Below the pieces are notes generated by a model, which was not told where the DNA came from, did not search any database, and worked only from the letters and a program-made list of their open reading frames with translations. A stretch of DNA of 64,000 nucleotides from Squalus acanthias (lineage: Eukaryota): contig CM059433.1 of NCBI GenBank assembly GCA_030390025.1, positions 12,526,001-12,590,000 on the forward strand, written 5' to 3'. Positions 47,067-60,386 of this stretch are shown one piece after another; positions within the stretch are counted from its first letter, which is position 1; the number at the start of each line of letters is the position of its first letter. The translations under genes and the position numbers were made by a program.

Positions 47067-50000
47067 GCCCTGACTGACCCCCTACCAGCTAACAGACAGA
47101 CTGAGAATGACTCTTTTGCTTTACCTTAGTTATGCTTCATGCTGATTTGTTAGCTAAGGATGCTTCATTGTGTTGGGGACTTAATAATACACCCAGCGTG
47201 TGCCTTGCTGTCAGTAAAGCTGCAGAATATATTTTAGGAAATCCAGCATTATTTTAGAAGGCTGTTTTTTCTGAAGTCACAATTGTAAACACAATTAAGT
47301 TATTTGTGCAACTTTTCTACTCTTAAACTTTTCAAACCCGAAGTAATGAGTGTTGTCTTGGATAACTGATATTGTTAATGAAGATATTAACATAAAGATT
47401 AGTATATTAAATGAATTCAGGACAGAGCTCAGTGAATCATAATTTCCTAATTATATCTCACTGGTGATTTTGAACAGATAAAATTGCAGCGTTTAAAAAG
47501 TAGTTTTTTTAAAACTCTTATTTTATTACAGATAACAAAGTTGTGAGAATCTTTTAATAAATTAACGTTTGACGCCCACCATAGTATTTTTGCATTGTTC
47601 TAAAGTATGACAGAAACAACATTTTTATAATCTTTGCAGTTATGGATATTGGTCTTTTTTTTAAAATGGTATGACTGTAGAAGTTTATATACATCATTTG
47701 GTTGACAATAGGAAATGGCAAATGTGTTTTATAAGGTGCAAAGCAAATTTAGCGCTCAAAAGGTTTAATCTAATAATTCATAGACTTTATCCAATTTAAA
47801 AAGTAATGATCTGAAGCAGCTCACCCAGAGATTATTGCTGTAATCTGCAATGGTCTCCAAAGCTCCAAACTCTAATTTTCTTTTTGCAATTGCTGTTTTT
47901 TAATTTTTTTTGAATTAGATTTATACACCATAAATATGCATTTAATTTTATGAAAAAATGTTTGAAAAATTTTGAAGTTTTAATTTTAAATTAGGAGGAT
48001 AGTGGGGTTTTTTTTTTGGTCAGATCTTACATTCAGCCTTTCCCTGTATTACATTATATACAGCACTGCACACAATACTAGACACACACAGCTCTAGAGA
48101 TTCAAGGACCCATGGGTACTGTATTAGTAGCACAAGGTATACAACCCCAAACCATGGTCTCGTAGAATCGACCACAGAATTGATGACAGTGTTAGGAAAC
48201 ACTTGTCACGTTTGCTTCCATTGTTCTGATATCCATGAAATTTTTGACCACACATTTTGATTTGGTTGGAATACAACTTTCCCTGATGTAAGTCTGTAGC
48301 TGAGGAAGAGGTAAGTCAGCAATATGCTAGTGATTTTAAACTGCTGCAGAAGGATTGTCTCTTAAGGGAGCTCATATTCGATGCATACTACATAGCTAGG
48401 CTTTCTGCAGTCTCTTGTCTGTCTGATGCCCTTAAGCTGAGGTTGTGTTTGATTCAGCAGCCATCGCGGAGTGTGTGCACTTACTCCTCTGCTCCCTTTT
48501 ATTGTTGTTTTTAACTATGAATTTCCGAGCCTCTGTCTCGGCCTGTTGATATTTCCACCAGGACTATTATCACTTTTGTCCATGTGGCAGAGCTATTAGC
48601 ATACAGATGAACAGTGGTGATCTTCAGGAGTTTTGAAAAAGACAGGAGATGTACAGGTGAAATGTGTAATTAGACAAATGGAAAAAGTATTGTTGGGGGG
48701 GTGGGGGGGAGGTGGAAATCAAGGTCATTGTTGAAGTTTATTGTTATGGAGCAGGTTAAGCAATTTTCTGGGTGATGCACTGCAATATGGAAGGAAGGGT
48801 GTTTTTTTGCTTTTGAAGTGTTTCCTCGGTCGTCTCGGGCCTAGTTAAGAGTGCAGAATCTGACTGCAGTGCCTAGGAAGTCCCTGCTCTCTCCGACTCC
48901 TTTATGTCTGGTGCGTCACTAAACATCCCAGTAAGGTAATTATTTTTGTTTTGGCCTTTTATTTTTTTTTTACAGCATAGCTCAATTGTGGTAAAATATG
49001 AACTGAATGTGGATTTTGAAAGCTGTTGTTACTTGGAAAATGAGTGAAAGTTTAAAAAAAATAATAATGATAGTTTCTTGCATTGTAATTTTTTTTTAAT
49101 GCAATGTGTCAGTTGAATAATTTTTAGATTTTGTGAGCTATATTCGTGCACATACATAACGTTCTAAGGGGTCGGACCATTTCTGGTTTGACGATGGATA
49201 AAAAAGAAAGAAAGTAATATATATATATAAATGCATGAGATTATTTATCATAAACTGATTTTCTGAATAATCAGGACTGCTGCTTTTTTTTATAACGAGC
49301 TGTATAATTTGGCCAGTGGATTTTAATTCTCAGTAGCAAAAATGTACCTTTGGGTCTCACAGAAAAAAAACAAAAAGAGGGGCCGATAACCGAGGTAACA
49401 AAATGGAGAATAGGAGGATTGTGAGGCAGCAGGTTGTGAACCTCACTGGTAAACTTTTGCTAGTGGCTGAAATGCTGAGTAGCAAAACTGGAAAGATCCG
49501 CCAGCATATTTGTAGGCAGCGTGTATTAATTTTATCGAACCAGCAGCACAAGATCCAAACTGTCTGTCTTTGGCATCATAGAATTAATTTAAAGATACCG
49601 CAACTGGTGCACTGCCTATAAAACGTGGAAAGCATGGCTCAGTCTGTTGTAGCTACTTAAAAATAAAATACAGCTTGGAGTCCACATATTGATAAATTAT
49701 TTCCAATGCCCTGTCAAATAGAAACGGTTACCGAATCACACAGTTTTCCTTTTCCCTTATATAGTAATAATATAGCTGGTCCTGTTACATTCATGTCTGG
49801 TTATATAGAATTCCACCCCCCCTCCCCCTTCCCCCACCACCCCACTATCTTAACTTATTGCATATAAAAGAATTCCACCATATGTCAAATTAAATATTCA
49901 TGGAATTACCCATCCTACTATTTAGTACAGATTCCTCGTTGGCTAAAAATAGATCAGGAGCATGAACCATACAAAGCAAAGGAAAAAAAGCTAGAATACC

Positions 50001-52179
50001 GAAACAGAAACAAACGTATACTTAGTTTACAGCATCTTCTTATCATGAACATTGCTTACATATAAGATTACCTGGCAACAGTTTTGAAAACAAAATTGAA
50101 GAAATAGGATAACAAGGAAAATCTAGGGGACTGTAAATAACATTATGTGTGAACCCAACATGTGATGGAAAGAGATATTGCACAGCTTTTGTGCTTGTAC
50201 TTGAACTTGCAAATACAATGTATAAAAAAACTGAATTGAATTTTGAGGTACCACAACAATGTGTTGGATTTTCTGTGCAGTGGAATGAATCAAACTGCTT
50301 CTGCACATTCCTACAGAGACCACATCTTCTTTTGTTACAGTGACGATGGCTTTTATTTAAACTGTAAGAAAAAAAGATCAAAACTGCACAACATAATTCA
50401 TTCAAAATTTATCCTCAATTATATTCCCAACTGAGAATGTTCCCAGTGCAGTGGTTCCTTTGAATGTCGCGTTTGAGAGGTACAAAGTATTTTTTTTTTA
50501 GTTTTTTAAAATAGCTAGCTCACTGGTGCCTTATGATTGTAATTTATTTCCAGTAACCTTGTGAATATACTTTAAACTTGCGGAAATTAAAAAAGAATAA
50601 TAATTTTGGCAGTATTTTTTTCTGTCTGCCTGTGTATACTGGCTCTGCCTTTAGTCTTAGAAACGAGTTGTTCAAGTTAGTGCTGTAAATCTGCTGTTTT
50701 ATTTGCAGAGGAGTTAGTTGCACTTTGAAATGACTGGATATTGGAGGTATTTGAATGGATTAGGTTGATGGCTGAAACTTTTCATGCACGTTTTGAGGCT
50801 ATTAGTAAGTGCTGGTCTTTTTCTTAAAGTGGAATTTGCTTTCAATTTAGTCCCATAAAATTAAGAGGTATATAGTATTATTTCTGTGTGCCCTGAACAT
50901 TCTTTGTATATTTCCAAATAACACTAAAATCATTTTATTAAAAAACCTGTACTGTATTGAATGAAAATATATAACAGACTCGAGGTGTATGTATATGTTG
51001 TACTGCATATTGCTCTCCAGATCTGGTGTTAATTACATTAATGCAGTAAGAAATGCCCATTTTCTGTGTTTTGAGAACATAACATTATTTTATAGTAATA
51101 AATTGTAGATGGATGACCATATATTCGTTTTACTTCTTTTACTTTCCATTTGTGTAATTCAGCTGAAATTGAGCATCAGACCATCCCAATTTCAACTTCA
51201 ACAATTTTTGCAAGTTAATCAGTAGTTTACTTGGCCCTTCTGAAAGTGCGACTGTATGATGCTGTTATCTGTGTTCGAGTGCTGGATGCCACATAATCAC
51301 CATCTTCTTTTCCAGTTTTCAAAGTATGAATGACTTTCACAAGTGATAAGCTCTGGCAGGAGATGTTCAGATCCAAAAATCATCCCGCTCCACCTCCTCG
51401 TTCTTGAGCCGATGTAACATGGAGGATGACTGGGCTATGTGAACAGCTACAGTAGGAATCCCCCAAATTAATGATTTCCAAGCAAAAAAGATTTATTTTT
51501 AAATTAGCAAAACAGCTTTAAAGCTGTGTCTGTCTCCATGCTTCTCAAGCAGCTGAGGAAAGGCTGCTTTGATTTCAACGAGCAGAGGGAGATGTGGGGA
51601 CCTGAAGCTGAGGCCTGAAGCATCTTTTAACCCTCCCCGACCAGCGGGAATGGAGCAGGTGAGCCGTTAAAATTGGGGAAGTGTACTTCCCGCCCCGTTC
51701 CCTTTTTTTGAACTGACTGATCCTGATTTTCACGGTGCAACAGACTCAGTTCAGAAACCGGCCAGGGTGCCTCAAGAATGTATTTAAATGGGGTTTTTCG
51801 TGACGTAACTGTGATCCCAACACAATTTTAATCGGTCGTGGCAAAAGACCCACCCAGCGGACAACCCGCGCCGTAATACCTCGTGAACTTGACCTCAGAA
51901 ACTGACTGACGTGACCTGCAGGAAATTTAAAGGGGTACTCACCACCATTAATATAGATCAATAGGATTTCTATGCTTTTCTGATTAATGTATTCCAAATG
52001 CCTTTCTGAGCTTGGAGATCGCTTCTTTTTCATTTGTTTGCCTCACTCACCCTGACTAAGCATTTTCAGCTTATCCCAGGTGCCATTTTTGCTTCTTTAT
52101 TCTGGCCAGACTAACAACAGCAGTAGCCTCAGCAACCAGGGAGAGCAGCACCTGGGCCTGTTAGCACCACAGAAGGTGA

Positions 52180-53030
52180 GGGAGGCTGCTGGTAGAAGGC
52201 CTTACCCAGCCCACAGGGTCTATAGGCTGAGTCGCTTTCCTGGACATCTCAGGGGGATCAGTTTGTCAGGAGGTTGCGCTTCATCAGCCAGGCTGTTACA
52301 GAGCTGTGCAGCATCCTGCTGCACGACTTTCTGCCTGCTTGACCAGGGTGGGGGGGCCAGCCTCTGCCAGTGCGGGGTGAAGGTTACCACCGCCCTGAAC
52401 TTTCTCGCCTCTGGCTCCTTCCGGGCTACTACAGGAGACATCACCAGCATCTCCCAGTCTGCAGTGGACAGCTGTAGTAGGCAGGTCACCAATACCCTCT
52501 TAACCAGAGCCAATCTAGTACATTGCCGATGGACGCCAACAGCCAGAATGAAAGAGCTCTAGGATTTGGAGCTGTGGCCGGCTTCCCTTGTGTACAGGAC
52601 ATCATTGACTGCACACATGTAGCTATCAGGGCACCAGAGATTGAGCCAAGAGCTCTTCTCAACAGGAAGGGCTATCAATCCATCAATGTCCAACTGGTGT
52701 GTAATCACCACCTATGGATTATGCAAGTCGGTGTCGGTTTTGCTGGCAGCTTCCAAGAAACTTTCACCCTGAGACACTCATCCCTCCCCCTACTATTACA
52801 CCTCTCCAGGAAGGTCAGAAGATGGCTGCTAGGGGACAAGGGATACACCCCTCCACAACCTCAGCACACCTGAGCAGCACAGGTACAATAATAGCCAAGG
52901 GACCACCGGATTCATCATCGGCATCTTGAACCTATGGTTCCGGTACATTGATCACTTTGCGGATTCCCTGCAATATGCCCAAGATGGAGTGGGTTGTATC
53001 ACAGTAGTTTGCTGCATTCTGCATAAAATA
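52180..53030 (+). pseudogene. Decayed PIF/Harbinger (HARBI1-like) DDE transposase; element probably starts ~51610
   Basis: RRPYPAHRVYR; VKVTTALNFLASGSF; GFPCVQDIIDCTHVAI; NRKGYQSINVQLVC; WLLGDKGY; frameshifted. Confidence 0.88.
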
Positions 53031-53485
53031 GCTATGTAACGATGACTGGAGTTGGAGGAGGCAGAGGAACGAGAGGAATCGTCGTCGAGGAAGAATTGGG
53101 TGAAGGTGATGGAGAACCGGAGGAAGGATCTGGGATAGAACGTAGGAAAAATCTTGTCTGATAGGCGATCCCTCTTTCACCTTTAGTCACCAACCTCTCT
53201 CTCTCCGTTGCAACTTTTCTATGTTATCAATATCAACCACTAGCAGATCTCCTCTGGAATTGTTCATGGTGAGTTGGAGGAGGTGCTGTTTTATAATAAT
53301 GGGTGTGTTGTGCTAAATAATGCACCATGTACTGTTTGGGCCATTGGTTTTTCAGGCTACAGTTTATTCAGCCTACTTTCCTCACTTTTGACTTGTTCAT
53401 TGTCTACCTCCTCAGGTCTGATTTATTGCTGTTTTACTTTGAGATAATCAACAAAGTGTGACTACTGTAGTGTGGCAGAAACTAA

Positions 53486-54989
53486 GGCCGGAATTTTGCC
53501 TACCTCGGCGGGTCCGGTGAGGGCGGTCGGCGTGGCGGGTCGCGACCCCTCTGGTGGCTCCATCCCGCTGCTGAAAATGACTTTCCCTCAATAGGGCCTA
53601 TTAAGCCCGCCCAGTGCGTCACCCGGCCCAATTAAATGGTGCGGGTCTGGTGACGTCATTCGTGACGCGTTTTCAGCCGGGATCTTTAAAGGGACCATGG
53701 CCACATTGGATTTGATGTTTAATCTAACATAGTGCTGTCAGTGTACTACAGCATTGGAATGCTGCAAACACTGACAATGACTGCACAGAGGCTTATGCAA
53801 GTCGGTGTCGGTAATGATGCTTTATGGTGTTGGTGTGGGATGGTGCCAACCTGGCGCATCATGTGGCAGCCATATAGGTGTACAACATAAAGTTAATTAA
53901 ATCTGGCCATGGTGAGGCCATCCCTGGCCTCTCGGGTAGCAGTGTGCTCGGGTGCTGATGCCGTGTGTCCTGTGCAGCATCAGGTGATTGCGGAGAAGGT
54001 TGGTGTTGTTGTTGATGCTACTGGTGTGCCTGGTGCTGCTGAAGTTGGGGTTCATCGTGGTCCGATTCTGAGAACCAAGGTGAGACAGTATAAATGGCAC
54101 CCATGTTGATGGAATAAGAACATAAGAACATAAGAAATAGGAGCAGGAGTAGACCATTTGGCCCTTCGAGCCTGCTCCGCCATTCAATAAGATCATGGCT
54201 GATCTTCTACCATAAGTCCACTTTCCTGCACTATCCCCATATCCCTTGATTTCCCTAGAGTCCAAAAATCTATCGATCTCTGACTTGAATATACTCAACG
54301 ACTGAGCCTCCACAGCCCTCTGGGGTAGAGAATTCCAAAGATTCACCACCCTCTGAGTGAAGCAATTTCTCCTCATCTCAGTCCTAAATGGCCGACCCCT
54401 TATTCTGAGACTGTGACCCCTGGTTCTAGACTCCCCAGCCAGGGGAAACATCCTCCCTGCATCTACCCTGTCAAGCCCTGTAAGAATTTTGTATGTTTCA
54501 ATGAGATCACCTCTCATTCTTCTAAACTCTAGAGACTGGAGGGAGACTTTGCGGGAAAGACTTTCAGCCTGCAGAATCTGTGCTGGAAATGGACTGAGCA
54601 ACAGCTTCTGCCTGAAGAAAGTGATTAACTGTCAGGTGGGAGCTTTTACTGAACATTTGATGCTGTCACGTAATCAGCTGGAGCAATGACCACTGAACTC
54701 CTGCCTCAGGTTGACAGACGTGCTTCCCGAGCAGCGTGGTTGCCGTGTCCATGCAGTTAAATTTTAAAAGTAAGTTAAAAAAAAGCCTGTTAAGGGTCTG
54801 ACACCTAGCTGTTAATCATCTCAAATGGGTCGCCTGCCGGTCGGGTCGGCTCCGCGATGGCAGACGCGCCTGTGGGAAAGGCGCGCGGGGCAGGATAACA
54901 GCGGGTTCCCATCCCGCTGTCAAAAATAACAACTTTCCCACCCGACCCGCCACCGATCGCGCCAGCTACCACCCCGGAAAACTCCGGCC
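53486..54989. mobile_element. Third non-autonomous Harbinger copy, Myb region deleted, CR1 tail nested (54114-54533, minus)
   Basis: TIRs ggccggaatttt / aaaactccggcc; TSD taa at 53483-85 and 54990-92. Confidence 0.85.
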
Positions 54990-55469
54990 TAAGTGTGATG
55001 CTTACAGGAAGTACAGCATGTGGCATACGCAAGACATTTACAGATGGTCGGTGATTCTCTGATCTTTCCTCTCATGCTCTTCCTAAGCTGCAGCCAAGAC
55101 ACCATTCTTCATTCTCCTCTGCATTGTTGAAATCAAGACCCATGCCACTGCTTAAATCATACCTCCCATGACCTCAAAACTTTGGAATTCCTTAGCCCGT
55201 GTCATAAGCATGTCTGGTGTGCAACTTTTTGTTTGTCTGGACATATTGCAAATAATTCAACTCCGCTCTATCATCTTTTCAGAACCTATGTTCTTGACAA
55301 TCATGATTGGAACTTGATTTTGATACTGTCCTGTGTTACATGCAAGGAACTCTGAAGATCATATAGATTAATTCCAGAAGGATACCCAATAGGCAGTGTA
55401 CACTATGGCAACTTATATAACTACTCTTTTTAAAATTCATGTATTATAGTTCCCTGAATAGATCAGTGA

Positions 55470-55838
55470 GATTGCCCAGTGAGTAGGTAACTATATAGAC
55501 TGGGAAAGTCCCAAATTCAATCCTAGTTCTGTGCAGAGCTATCTGTTCTCAGACAGGATGACAATAGGGACTATACAATTGGCCTTAGAGTCAAGGATTG
55601 CTTAAGGAGAGAAAAATTGACCAAGATTGGCACTCCTGATTGTTGTCTGGCAACCCTTTCTATGTCAGGTGTGGACAAGATTGAGCTTGGGTGTAATAGC
55701 CCTGGCAGTTAAATAGCCAGCTGATGCTAGTGTCAAATCACATTTGTGAACAATGGCCACTTGGGTAAGGTAGTCAACACCCATGGAACTGTACTCCAAC
55801 ATGGACTTAACACCTGCAGGGGAGGAGGGAAGAAAAAA
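55470..55838 (+). mobile_element. Old SINE-like repeat; related copies at ~58847-59230 (+) and ~27855-28015 (-)
   Basis: Shared blocks ggaaagtccca..tctgtgcagag and tgaacaatggccacttg. Confidence 0.55.
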
Positions 55839-56221
55839 CATCACATATTGTTAATCTTAAACAATGTATTACAGTATCACAAACAGCATAAAACCACCTG
55901 TCTAAAATGACCATGTAATGACATTCGCAGTAGTACTCATTGTAATGATTCAGATTCGAAATCTGCTTTAAGAGGCTGACTGCCTGTAAAGTCCACCTTC
56001 CGTCAGTCCCAAAAGTGGCTATTATCGACAGTCTTTACTGCATTTAAAGAGCATCGTCATGGTGTGCGGGCTTAATTTCTGAAATAGTCAGGATTAACCT
56101 CCTCTAAAGTCTCAGAAGGGAATTTTAACCCCCAAAAAAAAAGGAGGTTGGGGTCGGGTGGGAGGTTAAAGTGTTAAACACTGAATACCGACCTTACCCG
56201 CCCACTTCAGGTTTTAACGGA

Positions 56222-56425
56222 GGTGGGGGGGGGGGCGCGGGCGGGGGTGCTGTGGGCGGGGGTGCTGTGGGCGGGGGGGGGCGGGCGGGGGTGCTGTGGG
56301 CGGGGGGGGCGGGCGGGGGTGCTGTGGGCGGGGGGTGCTGCGGGCGGGGGTGCTGTGGGCGGGGGGGGCGGGGCGGGGGTGCTGTGGGCGGGGGGGGGCG
56401 GGCGGGGGTGCTGTGGGCGGGGGGA
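56222..56425. repeat. G-rich minisatellite, core GGGCGGGGGTGCTGT
   Basis: About eight gtgctgYgggcgggg units with G-run spacers. Confidence 0.9.
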
Positions 56426-56639
56426 CAGCCAACTCGCTCCCAGGAGGCAGGTCGCCCATTTCAATATTATAATGAGGCTGGCATGCCTCATGACGATCCA
56501 CCATTACAAATTTAACTCTGGCTGGGTGGGTTTCCCAGGCCAAGGGGAACCTGCCAGCTAAAGGAAGGCGAGGACTGCTGGATCCAGGAGGTAAGTGCCT
56601 TTCCACTTACCCCCTGGATCCAGCGTCCCTGCTTCACCC

Positions 56640-56900
56640 ACCCCCCGAGACCTCCGATCCCTCCCCCCCCCCCCCCAGAGGCCTCCAATCCCCCCACGAG
56701 GACTCCAATTCCCCGCCCCCAGGCTTCCGATCCCCGCCCCCCCCCCCCCGAGGCCTCCAATCCCCCCACGAGGCCTCCGATTCCCCGCCCCCAGGCTTCT
56801 GATCCCCCCCACCCCCTCCAAGGCCTCCGATCTCCCAACCACAAGGCCTGCGATTTCCCCCTGACCACCCCCCCACCAAGGCCTCCGATCCCCCCTCCGG
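56640..56900. repeat. C-rich minisatellite, core GAGGCCTCCGATCCCC
   Basis: ~20-25-bp degenerate units. Confidence 0.85.
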
Positions 56901-58472
56901 CCCCTGATTGCGTGCCTGGCCTCCCCCCTGCCAGTCCTGGTGCTCCTCTGGCCCCCGATGCTCCTCTGGCTCCCGTATCCCGACCACCGCCCCCCCCACC
57001 CCCAGATGCTCCTCCGGCCCCCGACCAACCCTTCCCCCGATCCCTCCCTCCTTCCTCTCTGCGGCCTAGTGCCTCACACTTGCAGCCAGCCAGCCGCTCC
57101 ATGTGGCTGGCTGTGGGTGGGAAACAGACCTTTCAAATGCTAATCAGTTCTCCCGGGCTTCCTGACCATTTTCTAGCCACCCACCATGCCCCCCTCCCGC
57201 TCCCGACCCACCTCCAGATTAAAATCCCGGCCTCAGTTTCTCGGCCAGCATGTTGTCTATTAGGAATTACCCACTGCACCAGAGTCATCGGCTGAGGAAT
57301 TCCTCAGCGCTTCTCCCACTCCGCCAGCATTATTCTGTCGGAGGTGCAGCGGAAAGCCCGTTAACGCGTGTAAACGGGGTTCCTGCTGAACCTCCAGCGA
57401 AGGAACGTTGGCGGTGCACGGAACATCCTGGCTATTGTTTACTGCGGCAAGAACTATCGCGATGCAAGTTCTGCAATTTGTTTTCTAACTTGCTCCGTTG
57501 AAGCATTGACTTATACTGGGCCACAGTTCTAGAGCTGCAGACAGCTCTCTGCTAACTCACTCGAGTAACCCTTATTCAGGACTGAGCCTAAAGAGTGAGT
57601 GTTGGTAGGCTGTTTGGTTAGGGGGAGCAGCGATGCTGTTGTTTCACAAAATTTGTCATTACCATCTAATGAGAGAGAATCAGCTTGTGGGTCGCTAAGG
57701 GTCACGATCACACATCTTCTCGCATCTACTTTAGAATTAGCATTTTCCTGGGAGTTGGTTGCCAGCCCACACTGGTCATGTGTTGAATGGTGGGTAGAAA
57801 GAGGGTAAAAGATTACTTCAAATTCAGACAGAAAATGAGAAACACTCACCCTAACCCTAACCGCCAATTTGTGACGAGGGCAGCTCAGAAATTAGAGTAC
57901 TGAGATTTAAAATCGGTAATAATTTACCTCACACTTATTTGTGCTAAAAGAAACCAATTAAAGGAATCCCTATTTTTATCCTTTCATCAAACCGTATGAA
58001 AGTCTGAAACGTCGACTGTATGTTTGGCATCTACTGTGCATCATTTGCCATATGTAGCTTCAAAACTAATGTCTCAGGAGATAATGTTACATTTTCTGGT
58101 ACTGTAATGTTCTTTTTAAATATTTGTATAATTTATGAAAATGAGTATCCAACGCTGACTTGCACATGAGCAATCCGTTGTATCACTTTCTGTGTGCATG
58201 TGTGATACTTTCGCATGCTTTTTATCTGTAAAATGCAGCGTACCAAATTAGGGATATCCTCTTACGCTACATAACAAAAGCTGGCGTGGTAAAGTTCGCA
58301 AAGTCATTATTAAGTTTGATAATTATCTTCCATAAAATCATAGAGCATTACAGTACAGATGAAGGCCATTCGGCCCATCATGTCTGTTCGAGCTTTTTGC
58401 TGGAGGCATCCAAAATGAATCTCACTGCCCTGCACTCTCCCCATGGCCCTGTATCTGCTACTACAGAACGAT

Positions 58473-58846
58473 AGAAAGAAAGAATGACTTGCATTTGTAG
58501 AGCGCCTTTCACGACCTCGGGATATCCCTAAGTGCTTTACAGCCACTGAAGTACTTTTGAAATGTAGTCACTGCTTTAGTGTAAGAAACGCAGCAGCTAA
58601 TTTGCGCACAGCAAGCTCCCACAAACTGCAATGTGATAATGACCAGATAATCTGTTTTAGTGGTGTTGGTTGAGGGATAAATATTGGCCCAGGACACCTG
58701 GGATAACTCCCCTACTCTTCTTCGAAATAGTGCCTTGGGGATCTTTTATGTCCACCTGAGAGAGAGTAGACGGGGTCTCGGTTTAACGTCTCATCAGAAA
58801 GACGGCACCTCCGACAGTGCGGCACTCCCTCAGCACCGCACTGGAG
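58473..58846 (-). mobile_element. DeuSINE, 5'-truncated
   Basis: Reverse of 38218-38585. Confidence 0.82.
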
Positions 58847-59614
58847 TACCCATGTCTCAGTGGGAAATTGTGTTGTGTGATGCGGCACTGAGCCACACAG
58901 ATCAGGAAAGGTCCCAGATTTGATCCCAGCTCTGTGCAGAGTGGGCTGCTTTCAGCCAAGGTAGTCTCAGGGGTTCAACAACTGGTCTCAGTATCTCTGC
59001 CGCAGGGAACACAGCCAATTGCTGTCAATTTCTGAAATGTTTATGTGTGCGTATCCGAGATAAAGACGGGATCAGGCCCGGCTGTGATAAGCCTCATGGT
59101 TCAATAGCCCCCTGTGACTCACTATCCATGCTCACATATGAACAATGGCTACTTGAGCAAGGTACTGGAGGGATGCCAATATCCATACAACCAAGCCCAA
59201 GCATGAATCACAGCCTTTGAAAGCAAAGTGAAGAAGACAGGGTGGGGCGGGCGGGGGGGGGAGGGGGCGTTCATATTCTAATTTTCTACCGACAGTGAAA
59301 AAAAATAATCTATTACTTTAGCTAACAGTTCAAAATTAAATTGTTGTGAAGAATACACATTATTTTTTACTATATGATAGGGTTCTCTGAGCTACTGGCT
59401 TAGCCAAAACTGCTTTTATGTATTTGCTAGTGTGAATTAATTTTAAATTGGTCAGCTAATGGTAAATTATTCCTCAGGTAGAAGTGTTGAGCCACAACTA
59501 GCTGTAAATTTACATTTGAAACATAAAGAAGCTGTACAAACTTGCAAAAAGGTGTTGTACCCCCAGTCAGAAAGACCGGTAGCTGAGTGAGCGCTGATGT
59601 GCAGTATGTGTGGT

Positions 59615-60000
59615 GACTGTGGTGCTTAAAATGTTAAAAAGATTCAATCGGGTGGTCACGGAGAAATTATTTCCTCTGGTGGGGGAAGAAAGAGCAAGGG
59701 GACAAGGGGACATAGTCTTAAAATTAGAGTTAGGCCATTCAGGAGCGAAATCAAGATGCACTTTTCCCCCACAAAGGGTAGTAGAAATTTGGAACTCTCT
59801 CCCCCAAAAGGCTGTGGATGCTGGGGGTCAATTGGAGCTTTCGAGACTGAGATCGATAGATTTTTGTTAGGTTAAGGGTATCAAGGGATATGGAGCAAAA
59901 GGCAGGAAAATGGAGTTGAGGGGCAGATCAACCATGATCTAATTGAATGGCAGAGCAGGCTCAAGGGGCTGAATGGCCTACTCCTGTTTCTAAATTCCTA
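59615..60000 (+). mobile_element. CR1 3' fragment
   Basis: EKLFPLVGE..QRVVEIWNSLPQKAVDA and 3'UTR. Confidence 0.82.
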
Positions 60001-60197
60001 GATATTGTAGTGATCTTGGACTCAGGTTTAGAGGGCCCATAATTCTAGTAGCAGAGCAATAGAGACTTTCAATCAAGGGTTGACAGCTAAGGTAGCGCAG
60101 CATCACATTCACATTCGGGGCAACAGTGAATAATGGAGAACCATGAACATGGTCCTGCATATTCAATGTTAGAGTGAGGCTCGGTGCAGTATTCCAA

Positions 60198-60386
60198 GGG
60201 GTCGAATTTCCATGGGGTCTCCCCCCACCGACTGCCTTAACTTCAGCGGAAGATCTGTGGACACCCTGGAGAAACAGTGTAAGCGGTGTTTACCCTGTTT
60301 CTGCAGATCTTCCGCTGAAGTTACAGTGGACGGTGGGGGCGCGGGGGGCGGGCGGCGGGGGGAGAAATCCCAGAGAAATCAACCCC
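60198..60386. mobile_element. Short fold-back MITE
   Basis: TIRs ggggtcgaatttc / gaaatcaacccc; TSD caa; internal arms taacttcagcggaagatctg / cagatcttccgctgaagtta. Confidence 0.78.

Larger units (their letters stand above)
56115..57232. mobile_element. Harbinger-type MITE carrying G-rich and C-rich minisatellites
   Basis: Ends gaagggaattttaa / ttaaaatcccggcc; flanking tca at 56112-14 and 57233-35. Confidence 0.7.

Noticed and set aside
53897..54601. 234-aa minus-strand ORF
   Set aside because: Chance read-through of a CR1 3' fragment nested in a Harbinger derivative.
56171..57295. Gly/Pro/Ala-rich ORFs in all six frames
   Set aside because: Products of stop-free G/C minisatellites inside a MITE.
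57849..57862. CCCTAACCCTAACC telomere-like repeat
   Set aside because: Only about two units; too short to call an interstitial telomere.
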